In this document: positions 46,173-54,971 of the stretch, piece after piece
How positions within the stretch are numbered: the stretch's first letter is position 1
Layout: the number at the start of each line of letters is the position of its first letter
Source: an uncultured Muribaculaceae bacterium
GTDB taxonomy: Bacteria; Bacillota_I; Bacilli_A; RF39; UBA660
Direction: 5' to 3'
Length of the DNA stretch: 63,039 nucleotides
NCBI GenBank assembly: GCA_964548815.1
Contig: CAZJSD010000002.1
Coordinates: 1-63,039 of the forward strand
Notes under the pieces: generated by a model
Databases searched by the model: none
Told to the model about the DNA's origin: nothing
What the model saw: only the letters and a program-made list of their open reading frames with translations
Program-made: the position numbers and the translations under genes

Positions 46173-46463
46173 TTATTTTATACCATCTTGGTTAGCTTCA
46201 TTTACTTTTTGATAAGAATTAGCTGCTTGAATAAGGAACTCACCCATTTCATTAATAGCTTGATATAAAGTTCTCATATTTTCAATTTCAACAGCTACAG
46301 CTCCAGTATACTTTTCAGCATCTGAACCTTTCCAATAATTTCTTAAATTATCATTTTCACCATTAATTTTAGTAAGTATTTCATTAAAGTCATTAGCCTT
46401 TTCTAGAATACTATTACCTAATTGTCTAGTTTGATTATAATCGATACTTAAATCCATAACCAT
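46173..46463 (-). CDS. WXG100 family protein
   Basis: About 96 aa with YWKGSDAEKY at the turn. The start is placed at the ATG (MVMDLS) 5 nt after GGGAGG; the ORF track's TTG start at 46478 is rejected. Confidence 0.7.
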   Translation of the reverse strand: MVMDLSIDYNQTRQLGNSILEKANDFNEILTKINGENDNLRNYWKGSDAEKYTGAVAVEIENMRTLYQAINEMGEFLIQAANSYQKVNEANQDGIK

Positions 46464-46482
46464 TCCACCTCCCTTCAATATC

Positions 46483-46719
46483 TTATAGTAGGATTAATTT
46501 TGAGCCATTATGAATACCTGAATTCTTCACATATACATTTTCATCAATTAATTTACAATCTTCTTTATTCATCAATAGATATTGTTTAGGCTGTAAATAC
46601 TTCACTGATTCAATAATAGTGTTTTTAATTGTTCCTACCTTCTTATTAACAGGAATAAATATGTCATAATTTTCATCAAGTAATGGAATAAAAATAGTAA
46701 CTAATATCTTATTATTCAT
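46483..46719 (-). CDS. esaB: EsaB/YukD ubiquitin-like T7SS protein
   Basis: 78 aa from MNNKILVTIF. Small beta-grasp-like pattern (DIFIPVNKKVGTIK...GSKLILL). AAGGAG SD precedes it. This is the typical first gene of T7SSb loci. Confidence 0.65.
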   Translation of the reverse strand: MNNKILVTIFIPLLDENYDIFIPVNKKVGTIKNTIIESVKYLQPKQYLLMNKEDCKLIDENVYVKNSGIHNGSKLILL

Positions 46720-46794
46720 ATAATTCTCCTTACTAGATAAAACTAGAGTTCTACCTCTACCATATCTTATCCTATAAGTAATAATAACAAATAA

Positions 46795-46823
46795 AGAAAA
46801 AAATGTAAACATAATTGTTTACA
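46795..46823 (-). terminator. Rho-independent terminator after the MBL-fold hydrolase gene
   Basis: AUGUAAACA-AUUA-UGUUUACAU followed by U7. Confidence 0.7.
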
Positions 46824-46836
46824 TTTTACTGTTATT

Positions 46837-47397
46837 TCACATATTAAAAAATATGCAATTATTCTTTTCATAACCTAAACTTGTATCTATTCCATGTCCA
46901 GGATATATAGTTATATTATCGTTATACTTTTTTATATTTTTTATTGATTTACACATATCATTATAATTACCATATTCTAAATCTGTTCTACCTATGCTTA
47001 GATGAAAAATAAAATCACCTGTAAACATTATATCTTCTTTTTTAAAGTAATAAGTAACTGAATCATTTCTATGACCAGGTGTATATATTACTTCAAAATA
47101 TAAGCCGTTTATATTGTATTCTTTTTCTTTTACATCTATTAAGTTTTTATAGTTTAGTTCTTTATTTACATTATGATAATATATAGGAACATCATATACC
47201 TTTATTAAATCATCTAACGCTCCTATATGGTCAAAATGAGCATGTGTAATAAGAATCCCTTCTATTTTAGTGTCTCCTATCATATTAAGTATCTTATCTA
47301 TTTCATCACCAGGATCTACTATTAAACCAAAATTATTGTCTTTTATTAGATAACAATTTTCATTTAAATATCCTACTTCTACTTTTTTTATTTCCAT
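46837..47397 (-). CDS. MBL-fold metallo-hydrolase
   Basis: HAHFDHIG (HxHxDH) motif. 186 aa. Confidence 0.8.
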   Translation of the reverse strand: MEIKKVEVGYLNENCYLIKDNNFGLIVDPGDEIDKILNMIGDTKIEGILITHAHFDHIGALDDLIKVYDVPIYYHNVNKELNYKNLIDVKEKEYNINGLYFEVIYTPGHRNDSVTYYFKKEDIMFTGDFIFHLSIGRTDLEYGNYNDMCKSIKNIKKYNDNITIYPGHGIDTSLGYEKNNCIFFNM

Positions 47398-47894
47398 TAA
47401 AATAACTCCAATAATTCTTCTAAGGAGGTAACATTTTTAAAATCACATTCTTCTTTTTCTCTAGTACATTTAACACCTATTCCGCCTTTAGATTCCCATT
47501 CTCTTAAATTACCAGAATAATCATCTACTAAAATAGCATCTTTTGTTTGAGTCATCATTGTTTTAGAACAAGATTTTGGAACAGGAATTATTGTTAAATC
47601 ATCAAATAAATTATTTATAAATTCTATTTTAGCTTTTGCTTCTTTTAAAGAATTAATATGAGTTAATATAGATATATTAAATTTCTTTGATTCTTTTAAT
47701 TTTTTAATAGAATTAATACTATTTGATAACTCTTCACTTTCTTCTATTAAAGTTTCCCAATCAATTTTAGAATATAATAATCCTATTTCTTTAGTTTGAG
47801 TTTTAACATCTAAATTTAATTTTTTTGCTAAATTATATACTGGCGTAATAGTATCAAGTATTACTCCATCAAAGTCTATATATAAATTTTTCAT
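47397..47894 (-). CDS. HAD-superfamily hydrolase (5'(3')-deoxyribonucleotidase-like)
   Basis: N-terminal YIDFDGVILDT (DxDx[TV]) motif. 165 aa. Confidence 0.6.
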   Translation of the reverse strand: MKNLYIDFDGVILDTITPVYNLAKKLNLDVKTQTKEIGLLYSKIDWETLIEESEELSNSINSIKKLKESKKFNISILTHINSLKEAKAKIEFINNLFDDLTIIPVPKSCSKTMMTQTKDAILVDDYSGNLREWESKGGIGVKCTREKEECDFKNVTSLEELLELF

Positions 47895-48562
47895 TATAAA
47901 TCAACTCCTTCTAATAGTTCCCATACACCTTTTTGTTCAGGTAACTGTTTAAATGTCATATTTTCTTTTGTTACAGGATGTATAAATTCTAATTTATACG
48001 CATATAACGCCAATTGTTCTTTATCTTGAATTCCATATCTTTGATCACCATATAAAGCATGCCCTATATTAGACATTTGTAATCTTATTTGGTGATGTCT
48101 TCCTGTTTCTAAATCTACTTTTATCAAAGATAAATCACTTTCTTTATCATACTTTAATCTATTATATGTAAGAATACTTTCTTTGCCATTCTTATCAATA
48201 TATGAATTATTAGTTTTATTATCTTTCAAAATATAATCAACTAATTTTTCCTCTTCTTTAGTTTTACCATGTACTACCGCTAAATATGTTTTCTTTATAA
48301 TTCTATTTCTTACTTCATCAGATAAACGAGATGCCGCTTTAGATGTTTTCGCAAATACCATAACTCCTGAAGCTGGTCTATCTAATCTATGAACTAAACC
48401 TAAATATACATTCCCTGGTTTATTATATTTTTCTTTTATATAATCTTTTATTATAGTAAGCATATCCATATCTTTTGATGAATCTTCTTGTGTAGGAATA
48501 TTAAATGGTTTTATAACTACTATAACATGATTATCTTCATATAATATATTTAACTTATTCAT
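47894..48562 (-). CDS. RluA family pseudouridine synthase
   Basis: HRLDRPASGVMVFAKT catalytic motif. The start is uncertain (ATG 48562, ATG 48580 or GTG 48589). Confidence 0.8.
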   Translation of the reverse strand: MNKLNILYEDNHVIVVIKPFNIPTQEDSSKDMDMLTIIKDYIKEKYNKPGNVYLGLVHRLDRPASGVMVFAKTSKAASRLSDEVRNRIIKKTYLAVVHGKTKEEEKLVDYILKDNKTNNSYIDKNGKESILTYNRLKYDKESDLSLIKVDLETGRHHQIRLQMSNIGHALYGDQRYGIQDKEQLALYAYKLEFIHPVTKENMTFKQLPEQKGVWELLEGVDL

Positions 48563-49421
48563 TTTTTTCCCATCTTCCATATATTCCACAAGGTAATACT
48601 AAGTCACTATTCTCCATAGGTAATCCTACTTCTCCAGAAGATAATTTTCCTTTATGTTCTTGGTTAACTGTAACATTTAATACATTTTCTAATACTTTAG
48701 AACTAATACCTGTTGTATAAGAGTTTATTAAGAAAAATACTGGATCATTACTTAATACTTTTGTACAAAGTTCTACTAAGTCATATAAGTTTTCTTCAAA
48801 CTTCCATACCTCTTTATTAGCACCTCTTCCAAATGAAGGAGGATCCATTATTATAGCATCATATTTATGGCCTCTTCTTATTTCTCTTTCAACAAATTTA
48901 ATACAATCATCTACTATAAATCTCACATATCTATCTTCTAGATTAGAACTCTTTATATTTTCTTTAGCAATATCTATCATACCTTTTGAAGCATCTACAT
49001 GTACAACATCTGCACCTGCATAAGCTGCCGCTACTGTCGCACCACCAGTATACGCAAATAAGTTTAATACATTTAATTTTCTATTTTCTTTTTTTATTTT
49101 ATCAATAATAAAATCCCAATTAAATGCTTGCTCTGGAAATAAACCTGTATGTTTAAATCCCATAAGTTTTAAATTAAATGTTAAATCTTTATACTTTATT
49201 TGCCAAGATTCAGGTACTTTTTTTATATATTCCCAAGCTCCTCCACCAGTTTTACTTCTATGATAATAAGCATGTACTTCCTTCCATACATCTGGATTAC
49301 TCTTTTTATTCCATATAACTTGTGGATCAGGTCTTCTAAGTATTATCCCATTCCAACTCTCAACTTTTTCTCCATTACTCATATCAAGTAATTTATAATC
49401 TTTAAAATCAGCAGTATTCAT
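48555..49421 (-). CDS. Class I SAM-dependent (rRNA-type) methyltransferase
   Basis: LFAYTGGATVAAA SAM-binding region and IIMDPPSFGRG (DPPxF) motif, as in the RlmI/RlmK-like group. Confidence 0.7.
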   Translation of the reverse strand: MNTADFKDYKLLDMSNGEKVESWNGIILRRPDPQVIWNKKSNPDVWKEVHAYYHRSKTGGGAWEYIKKVPESWQIKYKDLTFNLKLMGFKHTGLFPEQAFNWDFIIDKIKKENRKLNVLNLFAYTGGATVAAAYAGADVVHVDASKGMIDIAKENIKSSNLEDRYVRFIVDDCIKFVEREIRRGHKYDAIIMDPPSFGRGANKEVWKFEENLYDLVELCTKVLSNDPVFFLINSYTTGISSKVLENVLNVTVNQEHKGKLSSGEVGLPMENSDLVLPCGIYGRWEKNE

Positions 49422-49454
49422 AAAAAATCACCTAAATATATATTAACATAAAGA

Positions 49455-49484
49455 TAAGAAAAAAACATTATTTTCATAATGTTT
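49455..49484 (-). terminator. Rho-independent terminator after rfbA
   Basis: AAACAUUAU-GAAA-AUAAUGUUU followed by UUUUCUUAUC, starting at the stop codon. Confidence 0.7.
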
Positions 49485-50408
49485 TTACTTATTTGTCAAT
49501 ACTAATTTTTTTGATTTATTTTGAATTTCTTCGTTTTTTTTTGATACATATTCTGTTAAAAATTTACCATAATCATTCTTTTTCATTAATTCACCTGCGG
49601 CAAGAATTGTATCTTCATCAATCCAACCTTGATCATAAGCAATAGCTTCAGGTGAACATATAACTCTTCCTTGATTCTTTTGTACTAATTGAATCATATT
49701 ATTTGCTTCCATCATACTATCAATTGTACCTGTATCAAACCAAGTAAAACCTCCTCCAAGTAATTCTGCTCTTAGATTTCCTTCTTTTAAATACATATCA
49801 TTTAAAGATGTAATTTCAAGTTCTCCTCTTTTAGATGGTTTAACTTGTTTTGCTTTTTCTGATACACCTTTTGGATAAAAATATAATCCAGTTATTGCAA
49901 AATCAGATTTTGGTTCTTGTGGTTTTTCTTCAACACTTAATACATTATTATCTTCATCTATTTCCATAATACCAAATCTTTGAGGATCTCTAACTTGATA
50001 TCCAAATATTGATGCCTTTCCTTCATTTGCTTTTTCTTTAGCATTAATTAACATCTTTTTAAAATCATTACCAAAATAAATATTATCACCTAGTACCATA
50101 GCACATGGATCATCACCTATAAATTCTTCTCCTAAAATAAAAGCTTGTGCAAGTCCATCTGGTGATGGTTGTATACAATAATCTAAGTTAATACCAAATT
50201 GTGATCCGTCTTTTAATAGTTTTTTAAAATTTGGTTGATCCTCTTCTGTAGTTATAACTAGTATATCTTTAATACCCGCAAGCATTAAAACAGATAATGG
50301 ATAATAAATCATTGGTTTATCATATATAGGCATTACTTGCTTACTAATTGCTTGAGTTATTGGATAAAGTCTAGTTCCAGAACCTCCTGCTAAAATAATT
50401 CCTTTCAT
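49485..50408 (-). CDS. rfbA: Glucose-1-phosphate thymidylyltransferase
   Basis: MKGIILAGGSGTRLYPIT N-terminus and overall RmlA pattern, with a C-terminal K/E-rich extension. Confidence 0.85.
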   Translation of the reverse strand: MKGIILAGGSGTRLYPITQAISKQVMPIYDKPMIYYPLSVLMLAGIKDILVITTEEDQPNFKKLLKDGSQFGINLDYCIQPSPDGLAQAFILGEEFIGDDPCAMVLGDNIYFGNDFKKMLINAKEKANEGKASIFGYQVRDPQRFGIMEIDEDNNVLSVEEKPQEPKSDFAITGLYFYPKGVSEKAKQVKPSKRGELEITSLNDMYLKEGNLRAELLGGGFTWFDTGTIDSMMEANNMIQLVQKNQGRVICSPEAIAYDQGWIDEDTILAAGELMKKNDYGKFLTEYVSKKNEEIQNKSKKLVLTNK

Positions 50409-50485
50409 AATCCACAACCTCCTAAAAAAATTATAACAACTATGTAAATTAATGTCAAATAAAAAGAATAAAATAAAAACTCATT

Positions 50486-51655
50486 CTATCTATTCTTTTC
50501 TTTTAATAATTTATCAAATAGTTTTTTATATTTTTTTACAATTATTTCCCATGTATATTCTGATTTTATTCTATTTTTTGCTTTTTCACCATATTCACTT
50601 TGTTCTTTGCTTTTAAACTTTTCTATTAATTCTATTTGTTTACATAAAGAACCATCTTCATTAGAAAAGTATATAGCAGCATTTTCTCCAACTTCTTTAT
50701 TATAAGGTGCATCATATAAAATATTAACATCAGTAATACTTAATGCTTCAAGAAGTGATGGATTTGTTCCTCCTGCTGAATGACCATGAATATAACCTTT
50801 AGCATTTTTTCTTAATCTAACAAGAATATCTTGATCATATACTGGACCAACAAACTTAATTCTAGAATCTTTATCAAAACCAGTAGATAATTTTAATTTC
50901 TCATAGAATTTATTTTTTTCTACATTAGATACTATTACTAAATCTTTTTTTGTTGTAGAATTCATATATTCTTTAATAACCAATTCATAATTATTCTCTG
51001 GAACAAATCTTCCAACGATTAGATAATATTCTCTTTTTTTTATATTATGCATATCCATAAAATATTTAGTCTTTTGATCTATATCTTTAACATCTTTTAA
51101 ATACGCACCGTAAGCAATAAATGTTGTTGGTTTTTTATATCTTGACTTAACATATTTTTCTATGTTTTTACTATCACAAACAACATAATCTGATGCATTT
51201 ATCATAGTCTTCTCAGAAAATTTCAAGTATGATTTAATAAGAAAATTCCATTTAGCTCTTTGCCATTCTATCCCATCTGGATTAATAACTATCTTTACGC
51301 CCATTTTTGTTAGTTTTCTATGTATAAATGTGAATAATGGCCCAACTCTATAACCTAATGTATACATAACAACATTTTCTAATTTTTCTTTTTTAATATA
51401 CTTCATAAAGTATAAAGTTGCTTTAAATGCAAAAGTCATCATAGTCATAGAACCTTGTTTAGGAACATATATTTGTGGACATGTAACACCATTTCTTACT
51501 TCAATATTACTATTTCTTTTTTTATGAGTAAGCTCTGGTACATAAAACAATGTATTTTTATCATTGTAATTATTAATTAAATTAGTGACAAATGTTTCCC
51601 ATCCACCATATTCTTTTTCATAACCTCTCGCACCAATTATTATTATATTTTTCAT
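50486..51655 (-). CDS. DUF1972-type GT4 glycosyltransferase (RgpA/WchF-like rhamnosyltransferase candidate)
   Basis: The N-terminal IIGARGYEKEYGGWETFV block is characteristic of DUF1972 glycosyltransferases. The ATGA overlap with the upstream GT2 gene supports the start at 51655. Confidence 0.65.
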   Translation of the reverse strand: MKNIIIIGARGYEKEYGGWETFVTNLINNYNDKNTLFYVPELTHKKRNSNIEVRNGVTCPQIYVPKQGSMTMMTFAFKATLYFMKYIKKEKLENVVMYTLGYRVGPLFTFIHRKLTKMGVKIVINPDGIEWQRAKWNFLIKSYLKFSEKTMINASDYVVCDSKNIEKYVKSRYKKPTTFIAYGAYLKDVKDIDQKTKYFMDMHNIKKREYYLIVGRFVPENNYELVIKEYMNSTTKKDLVIVSNVEKNKFYEKLKLSTGFDKDSRIKFVGPVYDQDILVRLRKNAKGYIHGHSAGGTNPSLLEALSITDVNILYDAPYNKEVGENAAIYFSNEDGSLCKQIELIEKFKSKEQSEYGEKAKNRIKSEYTWEIIVKKYKKLFDKLLKEKNR

Positions 51656-52524
51656 TTCTTTTTTCTCCCTATATTTTTGAAGAAACATATAACATATGAT
51701 ACTCCTAGACTAATATAATAAGTTAGTCCTAGTAATATCATATCAAAAATATTAGCATTTAAATAGTTTTTTACAAAATATTTTTGACTTTGTTTTAACA
51801 TTTTATATTTTTTTATTGAATCAAAGGATTTATCTACAGAAATCGATAAATCATGTTTAACACATACTTCATTATCAATATATGTCTTTTTGTTTATATT
51901 CATTAATTTTTTCGCAAGTATATTTTCTTCATAGTATAAGAATGTAGAATCATCAAAATTACCAATTAAACTCATAACATCTTTTCTTATCATAAAGAAG
52001 CATCCTGAAACAACATCTACTTTTGTTAATCTATCTTTATATTTTTCTTCATTGTAATATAAATTCTTCTTTACTTTTCTTTGAATATAATTAATATTCA
52101 TTAATATTTCATCTTTAATTGCAGGCAATCTCCATCCCTTAATTGTTTCATCTAATTGATTAATAACTGGACTTATAATTGCAATATCTCCATTTTTATC
52201 CATTTCTTTTTTTAATTTTGTAATTACATTCTCTTCTACAAGAATATCTGGATTAGAAATAATTATATAATCTACATCATATTTTTCATTTAAATAATTA
52301 ATTCCATAATTATTTCCATATGCGTAACCTCTATTTTTATCGGTTTTAATTACATCTATTTTACTATTATTAATTTTACTTAACTTTTCATATGAACCAT
52401 CATTACTATTATTATCTACTATAATTATTTGATTTAATACTTTATAGTTTTTAATAGTATCTATATATTTACTAGTTGTTTCATAATCATTATAGTTTAA
52501 TATAACCATTCCTATTTTAGACAT
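51652..52524 (-). CDS. Glycosyltransferase family 2
   Basis: VILNYNDYETT, VDNNSNDGS and SNPD motifs, with a C-terminal TM helix. Confidence 0.7.
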   Translation of the reverse strand: MSKIGMVILNYNDYETTSKYIDTIKNYKVLNQIIIVDNNSNDGSYEKLSKINNSKIDVIKTDKNRGYAYGNNYGINYLNEKYDVDYIIISNPDILVEENVITKLKKEMDKNGDIAIISPVINQLDETIKGWRLPAIKDEILMNINYIQRKVKKNLYYNEEKYKDRLTKVDVVSGCFFMIRKDVMSLIGNFDDSTFLYYEENILAKKLMNINKKTYIDNEVCVKHDLSISVDKSFDSIKKYKMLKQSQKYFVKNYLNANIFDMILLGLTYYISLGVSYVICFFKNIGRKKK

Positions 52525-52532
52525 TATCTCAC

Positions 52533-54836
52533 CTACTTAAATACTTTTAATAACATATCTTTTGTATTCTTAGAATCATATTTCATCGCTGTTTCTCTTG
52601 CTTTTTTCTTCATCTTATTTGTTTCTTCATTATTCATTTTCTTCATTTCTAATATTTTATTTGCTAAATCCTTATAATCTTGTGGTTTAAAGAATTTGCC
52701 ATTTTTATTATTAACAACGTAATCAGTTGGTCCATAATTATTACTTGCGATTACTAGTGTTTCACATGCCATAGCTTCTAAACCAACTAATCCTAAACTT
52801 TCACTTTGTCTATATGTTGGAAATACAAATATATCTAATGAATTATATATATTAATTAGTTCTTCTTGAGAAACCATATTTCTTATTTCTAAATAGTCTT
52901 TAATTCCTAGATCCTTAACTAATTCATTAAATTTATCTTCTTCCAATCCTCCACCTACTACTAAGAATTTTTCATTAGTGATTTTATCTTTATCTACTAA
53001 TTCTTTAATAGCTTTTAAGAAAACATCATATCCTTTATTCTTCTCTATTCTAGATACATAACCTATATATGAATACTTATCACTTAATGATAAAGTTTTT
53101 TTAGCATCTTTTTGATTAGTTTTAATAAATCTATTAGTATCTACTCCTCCAGAAGGATATACATAAATCTTATCTTCATTATAATTATATTTAGTTTTAA
53201 TTACATTTTTATAATAATTAGAAGGCACAACAACACTATCCGCATATTTTATATATTTTTTACTTCTTTCTTCATTTTTCTTTTCAAAATCCATATCCGC
53301 AAGCACATCATTACCATGAGCATTTAGTATTAATTTAACGTTCTTACTAGTTATTTTAGATATAACCGCACCCAAGGATGAATGAGATATAAAATGAACA
53401 TATATATAATCATAATTATTAAACAATGATTTCCATATAGTATGAATATATAATTTCATATAAGAAAATATTTTAGTAATCTTCCCTGGATGTTTAGTCA
53501 TGACAACTCTATCTACCAAAAATCCATTATTTATTAGTAATTCTTCCACATTTTTTACAAATATACCATAGTGTTTATATTTATCACTTGGATACATGTT
53601 AGATACTAATAGTATTTTTTTCTTTTCCATTACTATTTCATTTCTACTTAGTATATATAACAATGCTATATAAATAGATACCATTGGTTTAGTTAATACA
53701 TGCCCAGTGAATAATGAAATAATTATAAATAAAATACACGCAAATGACTTATCATTTCTTAATATATTAAATTTAGTTGTATAAAGAATAAGGAGAATAT
53801 ATGCAAAAGTACCAAATATTCCAATGCTATAGAAAATATCAAATATATCTATCTCAATTACATTAATCTTTTCTATTTTTGTTTTTCCTAAACCATATAT
53901 AAAGTCTTGTGTTTCACCCTTCATAAATTCTTTATGAACATTACTTAGATTAGATAGTCTTTTACTAAAAACAATATTATCTATATTTTCTAATTTAAAT
54001 ACGTCTTTAACACTATGTATTTTATAATAATCTAAAGTAGTATTAATATTCTTAATCATAGGTATTTTTGGAAATAATACTATTAATATAATAACAATAG
54101 GAATACCTATTAATAAAGGAAGTTTACTCTTCTTTTCATTCATAACAACATATGAATATCTAAGTCTCTTATATAATAAATACAATAATGTTATTATAAT
54201 TCCTATAAATAGAGTTTTAGTTCCAACTAATACAATTACACATAATAATTCTAAATATGTAACTACTTTTAAAATATAACTCTTTGACTTATTAACATAT
54301 GTTAAAACTATTGGCGATAAACCAACTAAAATAGCACTAATTTCATTTCCACCTATAAAGAATCCAAAATAACCAACTTTATTTGAATAACTTTCTGTTA
54401 AACTATATCCAAGATTAAATAAATATGGAATTATTATTAAATTCAAATAGAATAAATAAATCTTCACAATTAATTTATCATCTATTTTGTCATTATTATA
54501 TTTAGAAAAGAATAATAAAGTCATAGGTAAATAGAATATCTGAAATAAATTTGTTATTTCGGGTAAAATATTTCCTTTATATGTTCCAAAGAAATACATT
54601 AACGCTAAAGCAACATAAAGTGCAAAAAATATAAGTATTTTTTTATTTTCAACATTATATCTAATCCAAATAATACATAATAATAAGAATATTCCTCTAA
54701 CTATTGTACCTATTGAAAAACCTAAATTAGTATTTCTAACAAATATAGATGTTAATGCATCTAATAAAGGACTAAATAGTAAAAATAGATATATAAATTT
54801 ATCAAAATTTTTATTAAATTTTATAGTTTTTTTCAT
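52533..54836 (-). CDS. Fusion protein: N-terminal O-antigen polymerase/ligase-like polytopic domain plus C-terminal GT4 glycosyltransferase
   Basis: About 767 aa from MKKTIKF (GAGG SD). Roughly 10-12 TM helices occupy the first ~400 aa, followed by a soluble GT4 domain with ESLGLVGLEAMACET (E-x7-E). Confidence 0.6.
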   Translation of the reverse strand: MKKTIKFNKNFDKFIYLFLLFSPLLDALTSIFVRNTNLGFSIGTIVRGIFLLLCIIWIRYNVENKKILIFFALYVALALMYFFGTYKGNILPEITNLFQIFYLPMTLLFFSKYNNDKIDDKLIVKIYLFYLNLIIIPYLFNLGYSLTESYSNKVGYFGFFIGGNEISAILVGLSPIVLTYVNKSKSYILKVVTYLELLCVIVLVGTKTLFIGIIITLLYLLYKRLRYSYVVMNEKKSKLPLLIGIPIVIILIVLFPKIPMIKNINTTLDYYKIHSVKDVFKLENIDNIVFSKRLSNLSNVHKEFMKGETQDFIYGLGKTKIEKINVIEIDIFDIFYSIGIFGTFAYILLILYTTKFNILRNDKSFACILFIIISLFTGHVLTKPMVSIYIALLYILSRNEIVMEKKKILLVSNMYPSDKYKHYGIFVKNVEELLINNGFLVDRVVMTKHPGKITKIFSYMKLYIHTIWKSLFNNYDYIYVHFISHSSLGAVISKITSKNVKLILNAHGNDVLADMDFEKKNEERSKKYIKYADSVVVPSNYYKNVIKTKYNYNEDKIYVYPSGGVDTNRFIKTNQKDAKKTLSLSDKYSYIGYVSRIEKNKGYDVFLKAIKELVDKDKITNEKFLVVGGGLEEDKFNELVKDLGIKDYLEIRNMVSQEELINIYNSLDIFVFPTYRQSESLGLVGLEAMACETLVIASNNYGPTDYVVNNKNGKFFKPQDYKDLANKILEMKKMNNEETNKMKKKARETAMKYDSKNTKDMLLKVFK

Positions 54837-54971
54837 AGATACAACCTCACAAACTATTACAAATATTATACCATTATAAAAAGAAAAAAGAAATAGCATC
54901 CCGCATATTTCTCTTTTTAACATATTTACCATCATGTCATTATTATTATGTGCATATCAACAATAATTATA

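Noticed and set aside
46720-46812. N-terminal extension of the esaB ORF (MFTFFSLFVIITYRIRYGRGRTLVLSSKENY).
   Set aside because: The extension begins inside the terminator hairpin of the upstream gene and has no SD. The internal ATG at 46719 has an AAGGAG SD and gives the usual EsaB/YukD size of about 80 aa.
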